Origin: Pelobacter sp. UBA6093
GTDB taxonomy: Bacteria > Desulfobacterota > Desulfuromonadia > Desulfuromonadales > Syntrophotaleaceae
Assembly (NCBI GenBank): GCA_002435955.1
Contig: DIWZ01000032.1
Location: 154,655 to 218,654 of the forward strand
Length of the DNA: 64,000 nucleotides
Direction of reading: 5' to 3'
A model generated the notes under the pieces. It saw nothing but the letters and a program-made list of their open reading frames with translations, searched no databases and was not told the origin of the DNA. Position numbers and translations under genes: made by a program. Of this stretch, positions 1 to 12,473 are shown in pieces; positions within the stretch are counted from its first letter, which is position 1, and each line of letters opens with the position of its first letter.

Positions 1-479
1 ACGATCCAGTCCCAATCGCTGCGCTGCGTCGCCTCGATGAGCGGGGTGCCGAGATTACCCCCGACAAAAGCCCGGCGATTCCAGCAACGCAGTATTTCTC
101 CGAGCAGACAGGTGGTGGTCGATTTGCCATTGGTACCGGTAATGGCCACCATCGGAGCCGTCAACTCACGCGCGGCAATCTCGATTTCACCCAGCACCGG
201 CACGCCGGCCTGCACAGCCGCCACCACCGCCGGCACCGTCAAGGGGATGCCCGGGCTTATGGCAATCAAGTCTGCCTTAGCCAGTAGAGCCGCATCGTGG
301 CCGCCGCAATCAAAACGCAGCCCGCGATCGGCAAGTTCCTTCACGCCGGCCAGATCTTCCCGCTTGCGGCTGTCGGACAGCGTCACCAAGGCACCACGGT
401 CCAGAAAGAAACTTGCCAAACCAAGCCCGGTACAGCCTGCACCGACCACAACCACATGTTTTCCGGCATACCCGGCCAT
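1..479 (-). CDS. murD: UDP-N-acetylmuramoylalanine--D-glutamate ligase MurD, N-terminal part (gene runs off the window edge)
   Basis: ATG at 479 is 3 nt from the mraY stop. My translation is MAGYAGKHVVVVGAGCTGLG...ITGTNGKSTT, which shows a Rossmann fold and the Mur ligase P-loop. The position after mraY matches dcw order. Confidence 0.9.
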   Translation of the reverse strand, partial: MAGYAGKHVVVVGAGCTGLGLASFFLDRGALVTLSDSRKREDLAGVKELADRGLRFDCGGHDAALLAKADLIAISPGIPLTVPAVVAAVQAGVPVLGEIEIAARELTAPMVAITGTNGKSTTTCLLGEILRCWNRRAFVGGNLGTPLIEATQRSDWDWI

Positions 480-482
480 GAA

Positions 483-1559
483 TTACCTCAATTTGAGGGT
501 GGACAGGGCCACCAGAGCAAGAATTATGCTGATAATCCAGAAACGAACGATTATCTTCGGTTCGGCCCAGCCTTTGAGTTCGAAATGGTGATGAATCGGC
601 GCCATGCGGAAGATCCGCCTGCCCAGCAGCTTGAACGACGCAACCTGCATGATAACCGACAGTGCCTCCACCACGAAAATTCCTCCAACAATCACCAGAA
701 CGATCTCCTGCTTGGTGATCACCGCGATGGTACCCAACGCGCCGCCAAGGGACAAACTGCCGACATCCCCCATGAAAACCTGGGCCGGATAGGTGTTAAA
801 CCACAAAAAACCGAGCCCCGCACCGACCATGGCACCGCACAGCACCGCCAGTTCGCCGGCCCCCTGCACGCTGCTGATCTGAAGATAGTTCGACAGTCGT
901 GCATTGCCGGCCAGGTAGGCGAACAACAGATAGGTGCCCGAGGCGATAATCGTCGGCCCGATGGCCAGTCCGTCGAGACCGTCGGTAAGGTTGACCGCAT
1001 TGCTGGCGCCCACGATGACCAGCATCGCAAACGGGATGTAAAGCAGTCCCAGCTCAGGACTCAGGCCCTTGAAAAAGGGCAAGGCCAGGGTGGTAGGATA
1101 CGGTTGGTAAAAATACAGCAGAAATCCGGCCGTGCCGGCAATGAGCATCAACCACAACATCTTCTGCCGGGCCGACAGACCATCGCTGTTGCGCTTTTTT
1201 ACCTTGCGATAGTCGTCGACAAAGCCTACTGCGCCGAAGCCAACCGTTACCAGCAGGGTCACCCATACATAGATATTGGTCAGATCGGTCCACAGCAAGG
1301 TCGGCAATACAATGGCCAGCAGGATAAGGGTGCCGCCCATGGTGGGCGTGCCTTCCTTTTTGAAATGGGACTGCGGCCCGTCTTTGCGAATACTCTGACC
1401 GATCTGCAGACTGGACAGCTTGTCGATAAGCCAGGGGCCCAGAATAAAGGAAATCATCAAGGCCGTGATGGTGGCATAAATGGCCCGAAAGGTGATGTAC
1501 CGGAAGATGTACAACACCGAAAACTGTTCATGTAGCGGATAAAGCAGGTGGTACAGCAT
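483..1559 (-). CDS. mraY: phospho-N-acetylmuramoyl-pentapeptide transferase MraY
   Basis: 358-aa polytopic membrane ORF with MraY signatures ([30 protein letters not shown]). It lies between murF and murD. Confidence 0.97.
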   Translation of the reverse strand: MLYHLLYPLHEQFSVLYIFRYITFRAIYATITALMISFILGPWLIDKLSSLQIGQSIRKDGPQSHFKKEGTPTMGGTLILLAIVLPTLLWTDLTNIYVWVTLLVTVGFGAVGFVDDYRKVKKRNSDGLSARQKMLWLMLIAGTAGFLLYFYQPYPTTLALPFFKGLSPELGLLYIPFAMLVIVGASNAVNLTDGLDGLAIGPTIIASGTYLLFAYLAGNARLSNYLQISSVQGAGELAVLCGAMVGAGLGFLWFNTYPAQVFMGDVGSLSLGGALGTIAVITKQEIVLVIVGGIFVVEALSVIMQVASFKLLGRRIFRMAPIHHHFELKGWAEPKIIVRFWIISIILALVALSTLKLR

Positions 1560-1570
1560 CCAGACGTCTC

Positions 1571-2962
1571 CTAATGCCCGGCGGCCGGGCGCCCGTCGCT
1601 GGCGCGCAGGGCTTTACAGATTTTTTCCATGGTCATGCCGCGGGATCCTTTGACCAGCACCCGGTCACCGGGACGCAGCAGGTCACCGAGCAACTGCACG
1701 GCTTCTTCATGACTTTTGACTACCCAAACCGACTGGGGGGCCATCCCCCCCTGCCTTGCGCCGGCGGCGGTGTCCTCGGCCCGGTCTCCCAGAAGGATCA
1801 GCAGATCGGCACACTTCGAGGCGTTTAACCCGGTCTGGCGGTGCAAGTCAGCCGCAGCCTCGCCCAACTCGAGCATGTCGCCAAGAACCGCGATGCGGCG
1901 GCCGCTGCCGGGCAGCTCGTCCAGCGCTTTCAAGGCCGCTTCGACGGCCAGGGGGTTGGCATTGTAAAAATCCTCCAGCAGGGTCGCACCGCTGGCGAGT
2001 TCCGCCACTTCCATGCGCCCGGCGCAGGACCGGAACCGCTCAAGCCCTTCGACAATCTGTGCACCGCTCATCTTCAGGGCATGGGCGGCAGCGGCGGCGG
2101 CCAGCGCATTATGCACGTTGTAGCGGCCGGGTACCGACAGGCGCACCGGCCAGTTGCCTTCGGCCAACAGCAAGCGGAATCGCACGCCCTGCCCGTCCAC
2201 CGTCACATCTTCGGCGCGAACTTCAGCGTCCGGACCGCAACCGTAAATCAACCTGCGCACGCCGTTGGCGACGGGCAATTGCAACACCCGCAAATCATCA
2301 CCGTTGATAACGGCGGTGCCACCGGCCGGCAGGGCGGCAAATAATTCGCCCTTGGCACGGGCCACCCCTTCGAGATTATGCAGCGTTTCCAGATGGGCAG
2401 GACCGACGTTGGTAACAATGCCGATAGCGGGGCGACAGATCTCGGCCAAGCGGGCAATTTCACCGCGAGCGCTCATGCCGAGCTCCAGCACTGCCCAGCC
2501 ATGCTCGGCTTCGAGGCGGAACAGGGTATGGGGCAGGCCGATAAGATTGTTGAAATTCCCCTCGGTTTTGAGACCCGGTCCACGCAGGCTCAGAATACCG
2601 GCAAGCATTTCCTTGGTGCTGGTTTTACCGGAAGACCCGGTTATCGCCACCACCGGTCCATCGAAATCCTGTCGCACGGCGGCCGCCAGATCACCAAGGG
2701 CCTGCAGGGTATCTGCAACCCGTATGACCGGCACCGGCAACCCGGCGATCACCTCTTCGCTCAGGCAGACGCTGGCTCCGCCCCGCACGGCCTGGACCAT
2801 GAAATCATGACCGTCGAAGCGAGGTCCGCGCAGCGGCACGAACAGATCCCCGGAACGCAGGGAACGGCTGTCGGTGGAGACACCGGTAACCGTGCCGCTG
2901 GCACGCTCAGGCATCAGGGTGCCGCCGGTGATGGCGGCAATTTGATTCAAATCGAGTCGCAT
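1571..2962 (-). CDS. murF: UDP-MurNAc-tripeptide--D-alanyl-D-alanine ligase MurF
   Basis: 463 aa with Mur ligase P-loop [13 protein letters not shown]. dcw synteny; overlaps the murE stop. Confidence 0.95.
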   Translation of the reverse strand: MRLDLNQIAAITGGTLMPERASGTVTGVSTDSRSLRSGDLFVPLRGPRFDGHDFMVQAVRGGASVCLSEEVIAGLPVPVIRVADTLQALGDLAAAVRQDFDGPVVAITGSSGKTSTKEMLAGILSLRGPGLKTEGNFNNLIGLPHTLFRLEAEHGWAVLELGMSARGEIARLAEICRPAIGIVTNVGPAHLETLHNLEGVARAKGELFAALPAGGTAVINGDDLRVLQLPVANGVRRLIYGCGPDAEVRAEDVTVDGQGVRFRLLLAEGNWPVRLSVPGRYNVHNALAAAAAAHALKMSGAQIVEGLERFRSCAGRMEVAELASGATLLEDFYNANPLAVEAALKALDELPGSGRRIAVLGDMLELGEAAADLHRQTGLNASKCADLLILLGDRAEDTAAGARQGGMAPQSVWVVKSHEEAVQLLGDLLRPGDRVLVKGSRGMTMEKICKALRASDGRPAAGH

Positions 2963-4470
2963 GTTTCCTCCGCCACGGACTTCAGTGCCTTGCGTAATTC
3001 CTCGCGGTCATCAAAGTGCAAGCGTTGATTGCCGATGAGCTGGTAATCCTCATGTCCCTTGCCTGCCACCAGCAGCACATCACCAGCCTGCAGCAGGCTG
3101 ACGGCAAAACGAATCGCTTGGCGACGGTCCACCATCGTCAGATACCCTCCTGAGACGGCTTCACGCGCTTGTTGCGGCGTCCAGGGGCCGGGATGGATGC
3201 GGCGCAGTCCGGTCTCCACCTGCTGCATAATGCTTGAAGGATCCTCGCTACGCGGATTGTCCGAGGTTAAAATCGCCACATCGGCAAGACGTGCGGCGAT
3301 TTCCCCCATGACGGGCCGTTTGCCGGCATCGCGATCGCCACCGCAACCGAATACACACAGCAACCTGCGCGGGCCGAGTTGCCGCAGGGTGCCCAGAACA
3401 TTTTGCAGGGCATCGCCGGTGTGCGCATAGTCGACCAGCACCAGGGCCCCGCATCCGTTTTCAATACTTTCCAACCGCCCTGGAACCTGCGGCGCACTGG
3501 CAAGTGCGGTCGCGATGGCAGACGGCTCCATGCCCAGGGCAACGCCAACTCCGGCGGCACACAGCAGATTATGCAGATTGTAGTCCCCAACCAAGGGGGA
3601 ATGCAAAACGGCGCCACCCCGGGGAGTGCGCAACAAACCGGAAATGCCTGCCACTGAAATCGTGACTTTTTCAGCCGTCACCGCACAGCGAGGATCGTGC
3701 CCGCAGCTGACCGCCGAGGGCAAGATGCCCGCAAGGCGTGCACCGTAAGCATCGTCGAGATTAACCACCGCATGCCGGGGGGAATGATCGCCAAGCTCCG
3801 TAAACAGACGGAGTTTGGCATCAAAATAAGCTTCCAGATCGCCATGGTAATCGAGGTGCTCCGGAGTCAGATTGGTAAACACGCCGACATCGAAACGAAC
3901 CCCGTCCACCCGCCGTTGCTCAAGCGCATGGGAAGAGGCCTCCATAATCAAGGCATCGGCACCACGACTGCGAAACTCGGCGATGGTCCGCATCAGATCA
4001 ACCGATTCGGGGGTGGTATGACTGGACGCCAGATGTTCACCTTCAAATCGGTAGTCGACGGTACCCATAACGGCAGGCCGATGACCAGCGGCTTTCAGCA
4101 CCGATTCCACCAGATAACTGACAGTGGTCTTTCCGTTGGTTCCGGTGATCCCCACCACAAGCATGCCCTCGGTGGGGTCGTCGTAGAACGCCGCGGCGGC
4201 AAGCGCCATGGCGTGTCGACCATCCTGCACAAGTAAGCCCGTTATCCCTTGCGGCAACGTGCAGGGCTTTTCCATCACCACCGCCGTAGCACCCCGTGCA
4301 AGGGCATCCTCAATGAACCGATGGCCGTCCACCGTTGCACCGGGCAGGGCAAAAAACAGCCCCCCTGGCTGCACCCGCCGGGAATCGTAATACAAACCAC
4401 TGATGGCGCCATCGGCAGGACCGGTGACAGTACAGGGAGCGAGGATCTGGCAAAGGACGGAAAGTTTCAT
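2947..4470 (-). CDS. murE: UDP-MurNAc-L-Ala-D-Glu--2,6-diaminopimelate ligase MurE
   Basis: P-loop GITGTNGKTT and a DNPR motif (LTSDNPRSEDP), which indicates meso-DAP specificity. I prefer the ATG at 4470 (MKLSVLCQ..., GAAGGA upstream) over the ORF-track start at 4509. Confidence 0.93.
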   Translation of the reverse strand: MKLSVLCQILAPCTVTGPADGAISGLYYDSRRVQPGGLFFALPGATVDGHRFIEDALARGATAVVMEKPCTLPQGITGLLVQDGRHAMALAAAAFYDDPTEGMLVVGITGTNGKTTVSYLVESVLKAAGHRPAVMGTVDYRFEGEHLASSHTTPESVDLMRTIAEFRSRGADALIMEASSHALEQRRVDGVRFDVGVFTNLTPEHLDYHGDLEAYFDAKLRLFTELGDHSPRHAVVNLDDAYGARLAGILPSAVSCGHDPRCAVTAEKVTISVAGISGLLRTPRGGAVLHSPLVGDYNLHNLLCAAGVGVALGMEPSAIATALASAPQVPGRLESIENGCGALVLVDYAHTGDALQNVLGTLRQLGPRRLLCVFGCGGDRDAGKRPVMGEIAARLADVAILTSDNPRSEDPSSIMQQVETGLRRIHPGPWTPQQAREAVSGGYLTMVDRRQAIRFAVSLLQAGDVLLVAGKGHEDYQLIGNQRLHFDDREELRKALKSVAEETCDSI

Positions 4471-4519
4471 AGAATCGCTGATTTTCCTTCTGTGAAGAAA
4501 AAAAGTCAAAGGGAATTTT

Positions 4520-6490
4520 TTATGCCGGTGGTTCCAATTTCACCCAAACTTCATCGCCATAGCGAATATCCTGGCCTGGCGCCGGAAACTGCTCAACAAC
4601 TTTACCGGAACCTTTGATCCGTATATTGAGACCCCTTTCCTCCATGGTCTGCAACACCTGCCGAAAGCTCATCCCCATACAGTGCGGCATCATGGGGGAA
4701 CCGCCTTTGGGGACTCGCGCCGGTTGGATGGTGCCCGTTGAAATGGCAACCTTCGTTTCCAGCGTTACCGGCGGCAATGGCGCAACCACATCCGCCTCGG
4801 TGGGTGGTATGCCGAGATAGCGTAAGGACTGGCTTACCAGCTTCGAAAACACCGGCGCGGCAACCAGGCCACCATATACCTGGGTCTGCGGTTCATCGAT
4901 GACTACCAGGATGACGAGTCTCGGATTGTCAGCTGGGGCAAAACCGACAAACGATGCCACCCGCTTGTCCGCCGAATATCCCCCGGTAACCGGATCGACC
5001 TTCTGCGCTGTACCGGTTTTGCCGGCGATGCGGTAGCCTGGCACGGCAGCCAGCGTCCCTGTACCCCCCTGGCGGGTTACCATCTCCATCATCGACCTTA
5101 CCTGGGCTGCCACCTTTTCGGATACCACCCGTCGTACCGTCTGCGGAGATCGATTCTCCACCAATTTTCCATGTTCATCGACTATCTGCCGCACAAGGTC
5201 GGCTTTCATCAGCAGACCGCCATTGGCGATAGCCCCGACTGCTCGGGCCAACTGCAAAGCTGTCACGGTCATACCCTGGCCGAAGGACACGGCCGCCAGG
5301 TCACCTTCGAACCACAACTCCGGCCTGCGCAACTGACCGGCTACCTCACCGGGGAAATCGATGCCGGTTTTATCACCGAATCCGAATCGGCTTAGATAAT
5401 CGAAATATCGCTGGCGCTCCAGCATCTTTCCGATTTTCGCAGAACCGATATTGGAACTCAGCTTGAGCACATCGGCCACACTGATGAGTTCATGAGGATG
5501 ATGGTCATGAATGGTCATACCACCGACCCGGTAGGAACCTTTTTCGCAATTCACCAAATGGTTCGGCTGCACCACATTTTCGTTCAATGCGGCTGCCATA
5601 AGGAACACCTTCAGGGTGGAACCCGGTTCGAACTCGTCACACACGGCACGGTTGCGGCGGGTTGCGTGCGGATATCGACCATAGGCATTGGGGTTATAGC
5701 TCGGCTGGTTGGCCATTGCCAGGATTTCACCGCTGTTCGGGTCCAATACCACCACGGTGCCTGCGCGCGCCTTGGCTTCCTTCAAGCCGGCAGCGAGTTC
5801 CTTTTCAGCCAGGTATTGCAGATTGCGGTCGATAGTCAGCTTGAGACTGTTTCCGTGACTGCCCCCATCCACCACTTTATTGCTGGCACCCAACCCCTTG
5901 CGACGACCATCTTTGGCCGCCACCAGAAAACCTTCCTGTCCCAGCATCTGGCTGTCGTAATACTTTTCCAGCCCCTCGAGACCCCTGGGATCAAGACCGG
6001 TAAATCCAAGCAATTGAGCAGCCAGCTCGCCATTGGGATAGAACCGCTGGTGTTCCTTGGTAAAAGCGATCCCTTCAACACCAAGTTTGCGAATCCTGGT
6101 GCTCTGGTCCGGCTGCACCTTGCGCTGCAGCCAGACGAAACTGCGCTTTGACGTCAACTTTTTGCGCAAGCTCGCACTGGTCATGTTGAGCGGCCGCGCC
6201 AGCGTACGAACGCTGGCATCGACATCAGTGATGCGTAAGGGTTCGGCGAAGATCGAATCGACACTGGTGCTGCGGGCCAGTTCGGCCCCATTACGATCGT
6301 AAATGGCACCTCTGCGAGGCGTAAGAGGGATAACGCGTTTGTATTGCCGCCGGGCGCGGGCAACAGTATCTTCGCTGTCGATGACCTGCAACCAGAAGCC
6401 CCGTCCAACTACCGCCAGAAAAAAGAGTGTAAATCCCACTCCGATCAGGATTATGCGAATCTTACAGCATTTTTCCGGCGACTTTTTCAT
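4520..6490 (-). CDS. ftsI: penicillin-binding protein 3 / FtsI transpeptidase with C-terminal PASTA domain
   Basis: 656 aa with an N-terminal TM helix. Transpeptidase motifs are STLK (EPGSTLKVF), SSN (LSSNIG) and KTGT (AGKTGTA). The last ~55 aa match the PASTA pattern. dcw synteny. Confidence 0.95.
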   Translation of the reverse strand: MKKSPEKCCKIRIILIGVGFTLFFLAVVGRGFWLQVIDSEDTVARARRQYKRVIPLTPRRGAIYDRNGAELARSTSVDSIFAEPLRITDVDASVRTLARPLNMTSASLRKKLTSKRSFVWLQRKVQPDQSTRIRKLGVEGIAFTKEHQRFYPNGELAAQLLGFTGLDPRGLEGLEKYYDSQMLGQEGFLVAAKDGRRKGLGASNKVVDGGSHGNSLKLTIDRNLQYLAEKELAAGLKEAKARAGTVVVLDPNSGEILAMANQPSYNPNAYGRYPHATRRNRAVCDEFEPGSTLKVFLMAAALNENVVQPNHLVNCEKGSYRVGGMTIHDHHPHELISVADVLKLSSNIGSAKIGKMLERQRYFDYLSRFGFGDKTGIDFPGEVAGQLRRPELWFEGDLAAVSFGQGMTVTALQLARAVGAIANGGLLMKADLVRQIVDEHGKLVENRSPQTVRRVVSEKVAAQVRSMMEMVTRQGGTGTLAAVPGYRIAGKTGTAQKVDPVTGGYSADKRVASFVGFAPADNPRLVILVVIDEPQTQVYGGLVAAPVFSKLVSQSLRYLGIPPTEADVVAPLPPVTLETKVAISTGTIQPARVPKGGSPMMPHCMGMSFRQVLQTMEERGLNIRIKGSGKVVEQFPAPGQDIRYGDEVWVKLEPPA

Positions 6491-6810
6491 CGGACGATAA
6501 TCACCTGATGAGGTTCGGGGTAATGCAGTTTCAGCGAATTGCTGGCTATCCGTTCAAGATGGGCGGGATTTTTCAGCGTTGCAACCTCCAGGCGCAGGCA
6601 GTTCTCTTCGCGCTGCAATTCCAGCAACTGGCTTTCACAGCTGGAAATGGCATAGCCCAGTTCGATAAGCTGGCTGCAGGACCAGATGTAGAAAACGCCG
6701 GCCCCGACCAGGGCGACCAGAAAAAGCAGGAACTGCGTTACGGAGAATCGTTGCCAGAAAGCACTGCCACTGCCGACACCGGACAGTACTCGTTGAGTGG
6801 AATAAGCCAT
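6487..6810 (-). CDS. ftsL: cell division protein FtsL
   Basis: 107 aa with a single TM helix followed by a coiled-coil. It lies between rsmH and ftsI and has a 4-nt overlap with the ftsI start. Confidence 0.85.
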   Translation of the reverse strand: MAYSTQRVLSGVGSGSAFWQRFSVTQFLLFLVALVGAGVFYIWSCSQLIELGYAISSCESQLLELQREENCLRLEVATLKNPAHLERIASNSLKLHYPEPHQVIIVR

Positions 6811-6859
6811 AACATACCTCCAGTCATATCAAACGTGCCGCATCTGCGGCAAAAATATT

Positions 6860-7804
6860 CTAAAGATGGCGAATCGCCCTCAGCACTGCGCTACGCGCCC
6901 GGGGGTTAGCCTCAATTTCAACCTCGCCGGCCCGAAGCCCTTTGCGAGTCAGCACTTCAACTTCAGGCGTGCGATGGCAAACGCAGACCGGCAAACCGGG
7001 CGGACAGGTACATACCTGGACCAGGCTGCGGAAAAATTGTTTGACGATGCGATCTTCCAGGGAATGAAAGCTGATCACCGCCAGTCTCCCGCCAGGTTTA
7101 AGAAGCGCCATGGCGCGCTGCAAACCGTCCCGAAGACTGTCCAACTCAGCGTTGACATGAATACGCAGAGCCTGAAAAATACGCGTTGCCGGATGAATGC
7201 GTGATGGGACCCGTCCCTTGGGCACCGCATCGCGTACCAACTCGGCCAATTCCCGGGTGGTGAGCAACGGCGTTTCTGCCCGGACCTGTTCGATACGCCG
7301 GGCAATACGTCGAGCAAAGCGTTCTTCGCCGTATTCGCGAAAAATCCGCGTCAGCTCTTCCGGCGACAGGGAGTTGACCACATCGGCGGCGGTCATGCCG
7401 GTCGAAGTGTCCATACGCATATCGAGAGGGGCGTCGGATTGAAAAGAAAAACCCCGTCGTGCCGTATCGAGCTGAAAGGACGACACGCCGAGATCAAGCA
7501 AAATACCATCCACGGCGGAAATGCCCAGCTCGGCCAGGATGTTGTCAGCCTCGGCGAAATTCCCGTGACGCAACACAGCCCGCTCGCCAAAAGGAGCCAG
7601 TTTGCGTCCCGCCTCCTCAAGAGCTTCACAGTCGCGGTCGAGCCCAATCAGCAGACCATCCGGAGCAGTTGCCTCGAGAAGCAGGTAAGCATGCCCACCG
7701 CCTCCGACCGTGCCGTCGAGGAAGACCTCGCCCGGCTGAGGATGCAGACACTCCAGAACCTCTGTGGGCATCACTGAACGGTGCTGAAATGTCTCTTGCT
7801 CCAT
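6860..7804 (-). CDS. rsmH: 16S rRNA (cytosine1402-N4)-methyltransferase RsmH
   Basis: 314 aa with an HRSVM...DGTVGGGGHA N-terminus typical of RsmH/MraW. It follows mraZ. Confidence 0.96.
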   Translation of the reverse strand: MEQETFQHRSVMPTEVLECLHPQPGEVFLDGTVGGGGHAYLLLEATAPDGLLIGLDRDCEALEEAGRKLAPFGERAVLRHGNFAEADNILAELGISAVDGILLDLGVSSFQLDTARRGFSFQSDAPLDMRMDTSTGMTAADVVNSLSPEELTRIFREYGEERFARRIARRIEQVRAETPLLTTRELAELVRDAVPKGRVPSRIHPATRIFQALRIHVNAELDSLRDGLQRAMALLKPGGRLAVISFHSLEDRIVKQFFRSLVQVCTCPPGLPVCVCHRTPEVEVLTRKGLRAGEVEIEANPRARSAVLRAIRHL

Positions 7805-7807
7805 GGC

Positions 7808-8260
7808 CTAAAATCCCAGATTGTAAAGAGCCTGCGGCTCGGTCTTGAGCAAATCCTCGGCATGCTTGCGCATCTCGGCGTGCATGGCCCGGTTCCAGAT
7901 CATGATCTTGTTGATGGAACCGACCACCACGATTTCACGAATCTCCGACTCCAACCCGGCATAACAACGCTGGGCCTTGGACAACTGAATACGTCCCTGC
8001 TTGTCAAACGAACATTCAACCGCGGGAGAGATAAGCGCCAGATTGATAGCGTCTTTGAGAGGACTGGCTTGCATCGATTTGACCTTTTCAAGCACCTTTT
8101 CCCACTCCTGAATGGGGTATGCCGCCAGGCCGCCATCATTCTGGGTGACCATTAGACGCTCATCGCCAAAAACGGAGCTCAGCACATCCCGAAACTTGGC
8201 CGGAATGCTCGCTCTGCCCTTGGCATCGATCGCGTTATTGAATTCACCCTGGAATAGCAT
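7808..8260 (-). CDS. mraZ: transcriptional regulator MraZ
   Basis: 150 aa starting MLFQGEFNNAIDAKGR, with a second SpoVT-AbrB-like half (DKQGR). First gene of the dcw cluster. Confidence 0.95.
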   Translation of the reverse strand: MLFQGEFNNAIDAKGRASIPAKFRDVLSSVFGDERLMVTQNDGGLAAYPIQEWEKVLEKVKSMQASPLKDAINLALISPAVECSFDKQGRIQLSKAQRCYAGLESEIREIVVVGSINKIMIWNRAMHAEMRKHAEDLLKTEPQALYNLGF

Positions 8261-8307
8261 TTGATGCCCCTAGGCCCAAATTGACACGTTTTTACACTTT
8301 GTGGGCA

Positions 8308-8336
8308 ACTATAACGACCACCTCCTACCTTGTCAA
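8308..8336 (-). promoter_or_regulatory. candidate Pmra promoter (TTGACA-17-TATAGT)
   Basis: The minus strand reads TTGACAaggtaggaggtggtcgtTATAGT, about 48 nt upstream of the mraZ ATG. Confidence 0.6.
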
Positions 8337-8380
8337 GGCGTTTATTCTAATTTTTTAAGGGTTTAGGGCGTTCCCACGCC

Positions 8381-8412
8381 AAAAAAAAATCCCCTCTGGA
8401 GGGGATTTTTTC
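8381..8412 (-). terminator. intrinsic terminator after the CBS/CorC gene (symmetrical A-run/T-run hairpin)
   Basis: AAAAAAAAATCCCCTctggAGGGGATTTTTT. Confidence 0.8.
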
Positions 8413-8437
8413 AGTACCGTGAAAACCCGGCAGGGGA

Positions 8438-9691
8438 TCAGGAATGTCGGGGTTCTTGGGGAAGGAGCAGTTCGATTTCTTCAATCCGATGATCGATGAC
8501 TTTGCGCACGATAAAGCAGGTTTTATCTACGGTGCAACTATCCCCCGTGTGCGGGATGGAACCCAACACTTCCAGCAGCAAACCGGCGAGAGTAGAAGCA
8601 TGCTCTTCCGACAAATCCAGCCCGAAGCGCTGATTGACGGTGCGCAGGGGAATACTGCCATCCAGCAAAAAGCGTCCGGAGCCCAACTCGCTGACCATAG
8701 CCTCGTCGATGTCGTATTCGTCCATGATTTCGCCGACGATCTCTTCGACAATATCCTCAAGGGTCACTATGCCTTCGACGCCGCCATATTCATCCACCAC
8801 CACTGCCATGTGCTCCTGTCGACGCTGAAACGCCTTCAGCAGGGTATTGATGCGCTTGGATTCAGGCACAAAGTAGGTTTTACGCGCCAACTTGCGCAGG
8901 CAAAACTCTCCGGGGATATGCACATACCGCAAAATATCCTTGGAATGGATAATCCCGATGATATTGTCCACCGATCCCTCATACACCGGAAAACGTGAAT
9001 GGCAGGACTCCTGCACAGCCTTCAGAACCTCGGAAAAGGAAAAGGCAACATCGAGCACCACCACTTCGGTGCGTGGTATCATGACGTCACGGACACTGAT
9101 CTGGGAAAGGTCGAAAACGCCATCCAGCATGCGGCGTTTGTCATTACCGAACAAGCCGCTCTGCTCGCCAACGGAAATCAGAGTACGAATTTCATCCTCC
9201 GAAATAACCGGCCTCGGCTCGCTTTTCACCAGCAGGGTCAACAGTCTGGAAAAACTTGTCACCATCCAGACCACCGGCCGCAGCAGCAGCATGATCAGCG
9301 TAATCGGACGCAGTACCCAGAAAGAAACCCGTTCCGGGTTGCGCGCGGCAAAGGTTTTGGGACAGACTTCGGACACGACAAGCAGTATCGGGGTGAGAAT
9401 GACAATCGTCCAAAGCTCGCCGCGCGTACCGAACAACTGAACAAAAAAGGTGGTGGCAAAAACCGACGCAGCGATATTTACCAGATTATTGCCGACCAGG
9501 ATGGCACCCAACAGATTATCGGGCTGGCTGAGAATCCTCTCAAGTTGCTGGGCGCCACGTCGCTTCTTATGCACCAGATATTTGACCCGCATAGAATCAA
9601 GAGACAGTAAAGCCGTCTCCGATCCGGAAAAAAAAGCCGACATGAACAACAATATAACCAGACCGGCTACATATAGAATCGAGTCTTGCAT
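8438..9691 (-). CDS. DUF21/CBS-pair/CorC_HlyC family membrane protein (CNNM-type, hemolysin-like annotation)
   Basis: N-terminal multi-TM DUF21 region (FFSGSETALLS), then tandem CBS, then a CorC/HlyC C-terminal region. I prefer the ATG at 9691 (MQDSILY..., GGAAGG upstream) over 9745. Confidence 0.88.
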   Translation of the reverse strand: MQDSILYVAGLVILLFMSAFFSGSETALLSLDSMRVKYLVHKKRRGAQQLERILSQPDNLLGAILVGNNLVNIAASVFATTFFVQLFGTRGELWTIVILTPILLVVSEVCPKTFAARNPERVSFWVLRPITLIMLLLRPVVWMVTSFSRLLTLLVKSEPRPVISEDEIRTLISVGEQSGLFGNDKRRMLDGVFDLSQISVRDVMIPRTEVVVLDVAFSFSEVLKAVQESCHSRFPVYEGSVDNIIGIIHSKDILRYVHIPGEFCLRKLARKTYFVPESKRINTLLKAFQRRQEHMAVVVDEYGGVEGIVTLEDIVEEIVGEIMDEYDIDEAMVSELGSGRFLLDGSIPLRTVNQRFGLDLSEEHASTLAGLLLEVLGSIPHTGDSCTVDKTCFIVRKVIDHRIEEIELLLPQEPRHS

Positions 9692-9900
9692 CAAAAGCCT
9701 TCCGTTAACATGAAGCAGGGGGCTAACAGCCTCCGAGCGTACCAAAAGTTGTGAGATTTTACCCCAGGAACCCGAGGATTACAATCGCTTCGGATTATGC
9801 GTAACAGTGTAATATTGCAGAATCATGCCCATTACGCATTTCCGGATGAAAACGAGTTGGATTTTCCCAAATTTGAAATACGCTTCGCCCTGTGCTATAA

Positions 9901-12239
<2,339 letters not shown>

Positions 12240-12282
12240 TGCTGGCACCCGCTACCTTTTAGTGGTACGGGAATCTTAATTT

Positions 12283-12397
12283 ACCACGAAGTTCACGAAG
12301 GCCACGAAGAAGAACCAAGACAAAGAATTTATTGTTATCAAAAACAAAGAGCTTTGTTTAAAAAGTATTTCTTCGTGCTCTTCGTGTCCTTCGTGGT
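12283..12397. repeat. long inverted repeat whose arms are three tandem 9-mers (NNCACGAAG)x3 / (CTTCGTGNN)x3
   Basis: Left arm ACCACGAAG-TTCACGAAG-GCCACGAAG (12283-12309). Right arm CTTCGTGCT-CTTCGTGTC-CTTCGTGGT (12371-12397). The AT-rich centre carries its own small hairpin AAACAAAGagcTTTGTTT. Confidence 0.85.
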
Positions 12398-12473
12398 GAA
12401 TAAACAACGATCCGGAACCTACCCATAAATGCCACACGACCGAAACCGAAGACGTTTGACTGCAGGGTAGCCT

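Noticed and set aside
297-1535. 412-aa ORF on the plus strand antisense to mraY. Similar long antisense ORFs lie at 13825-15165 (versus nadE), 26881-27945 (versus purH) and 29858-30991 (versus alr).
   Set aside because: Each lies fully inside a strongly supported gene on the other strand. The products are low complexity and rich in Arg, Gly, Pro, Gln and His. This is the expected stop-codon depletion in antisense frames of GC-rich genes.
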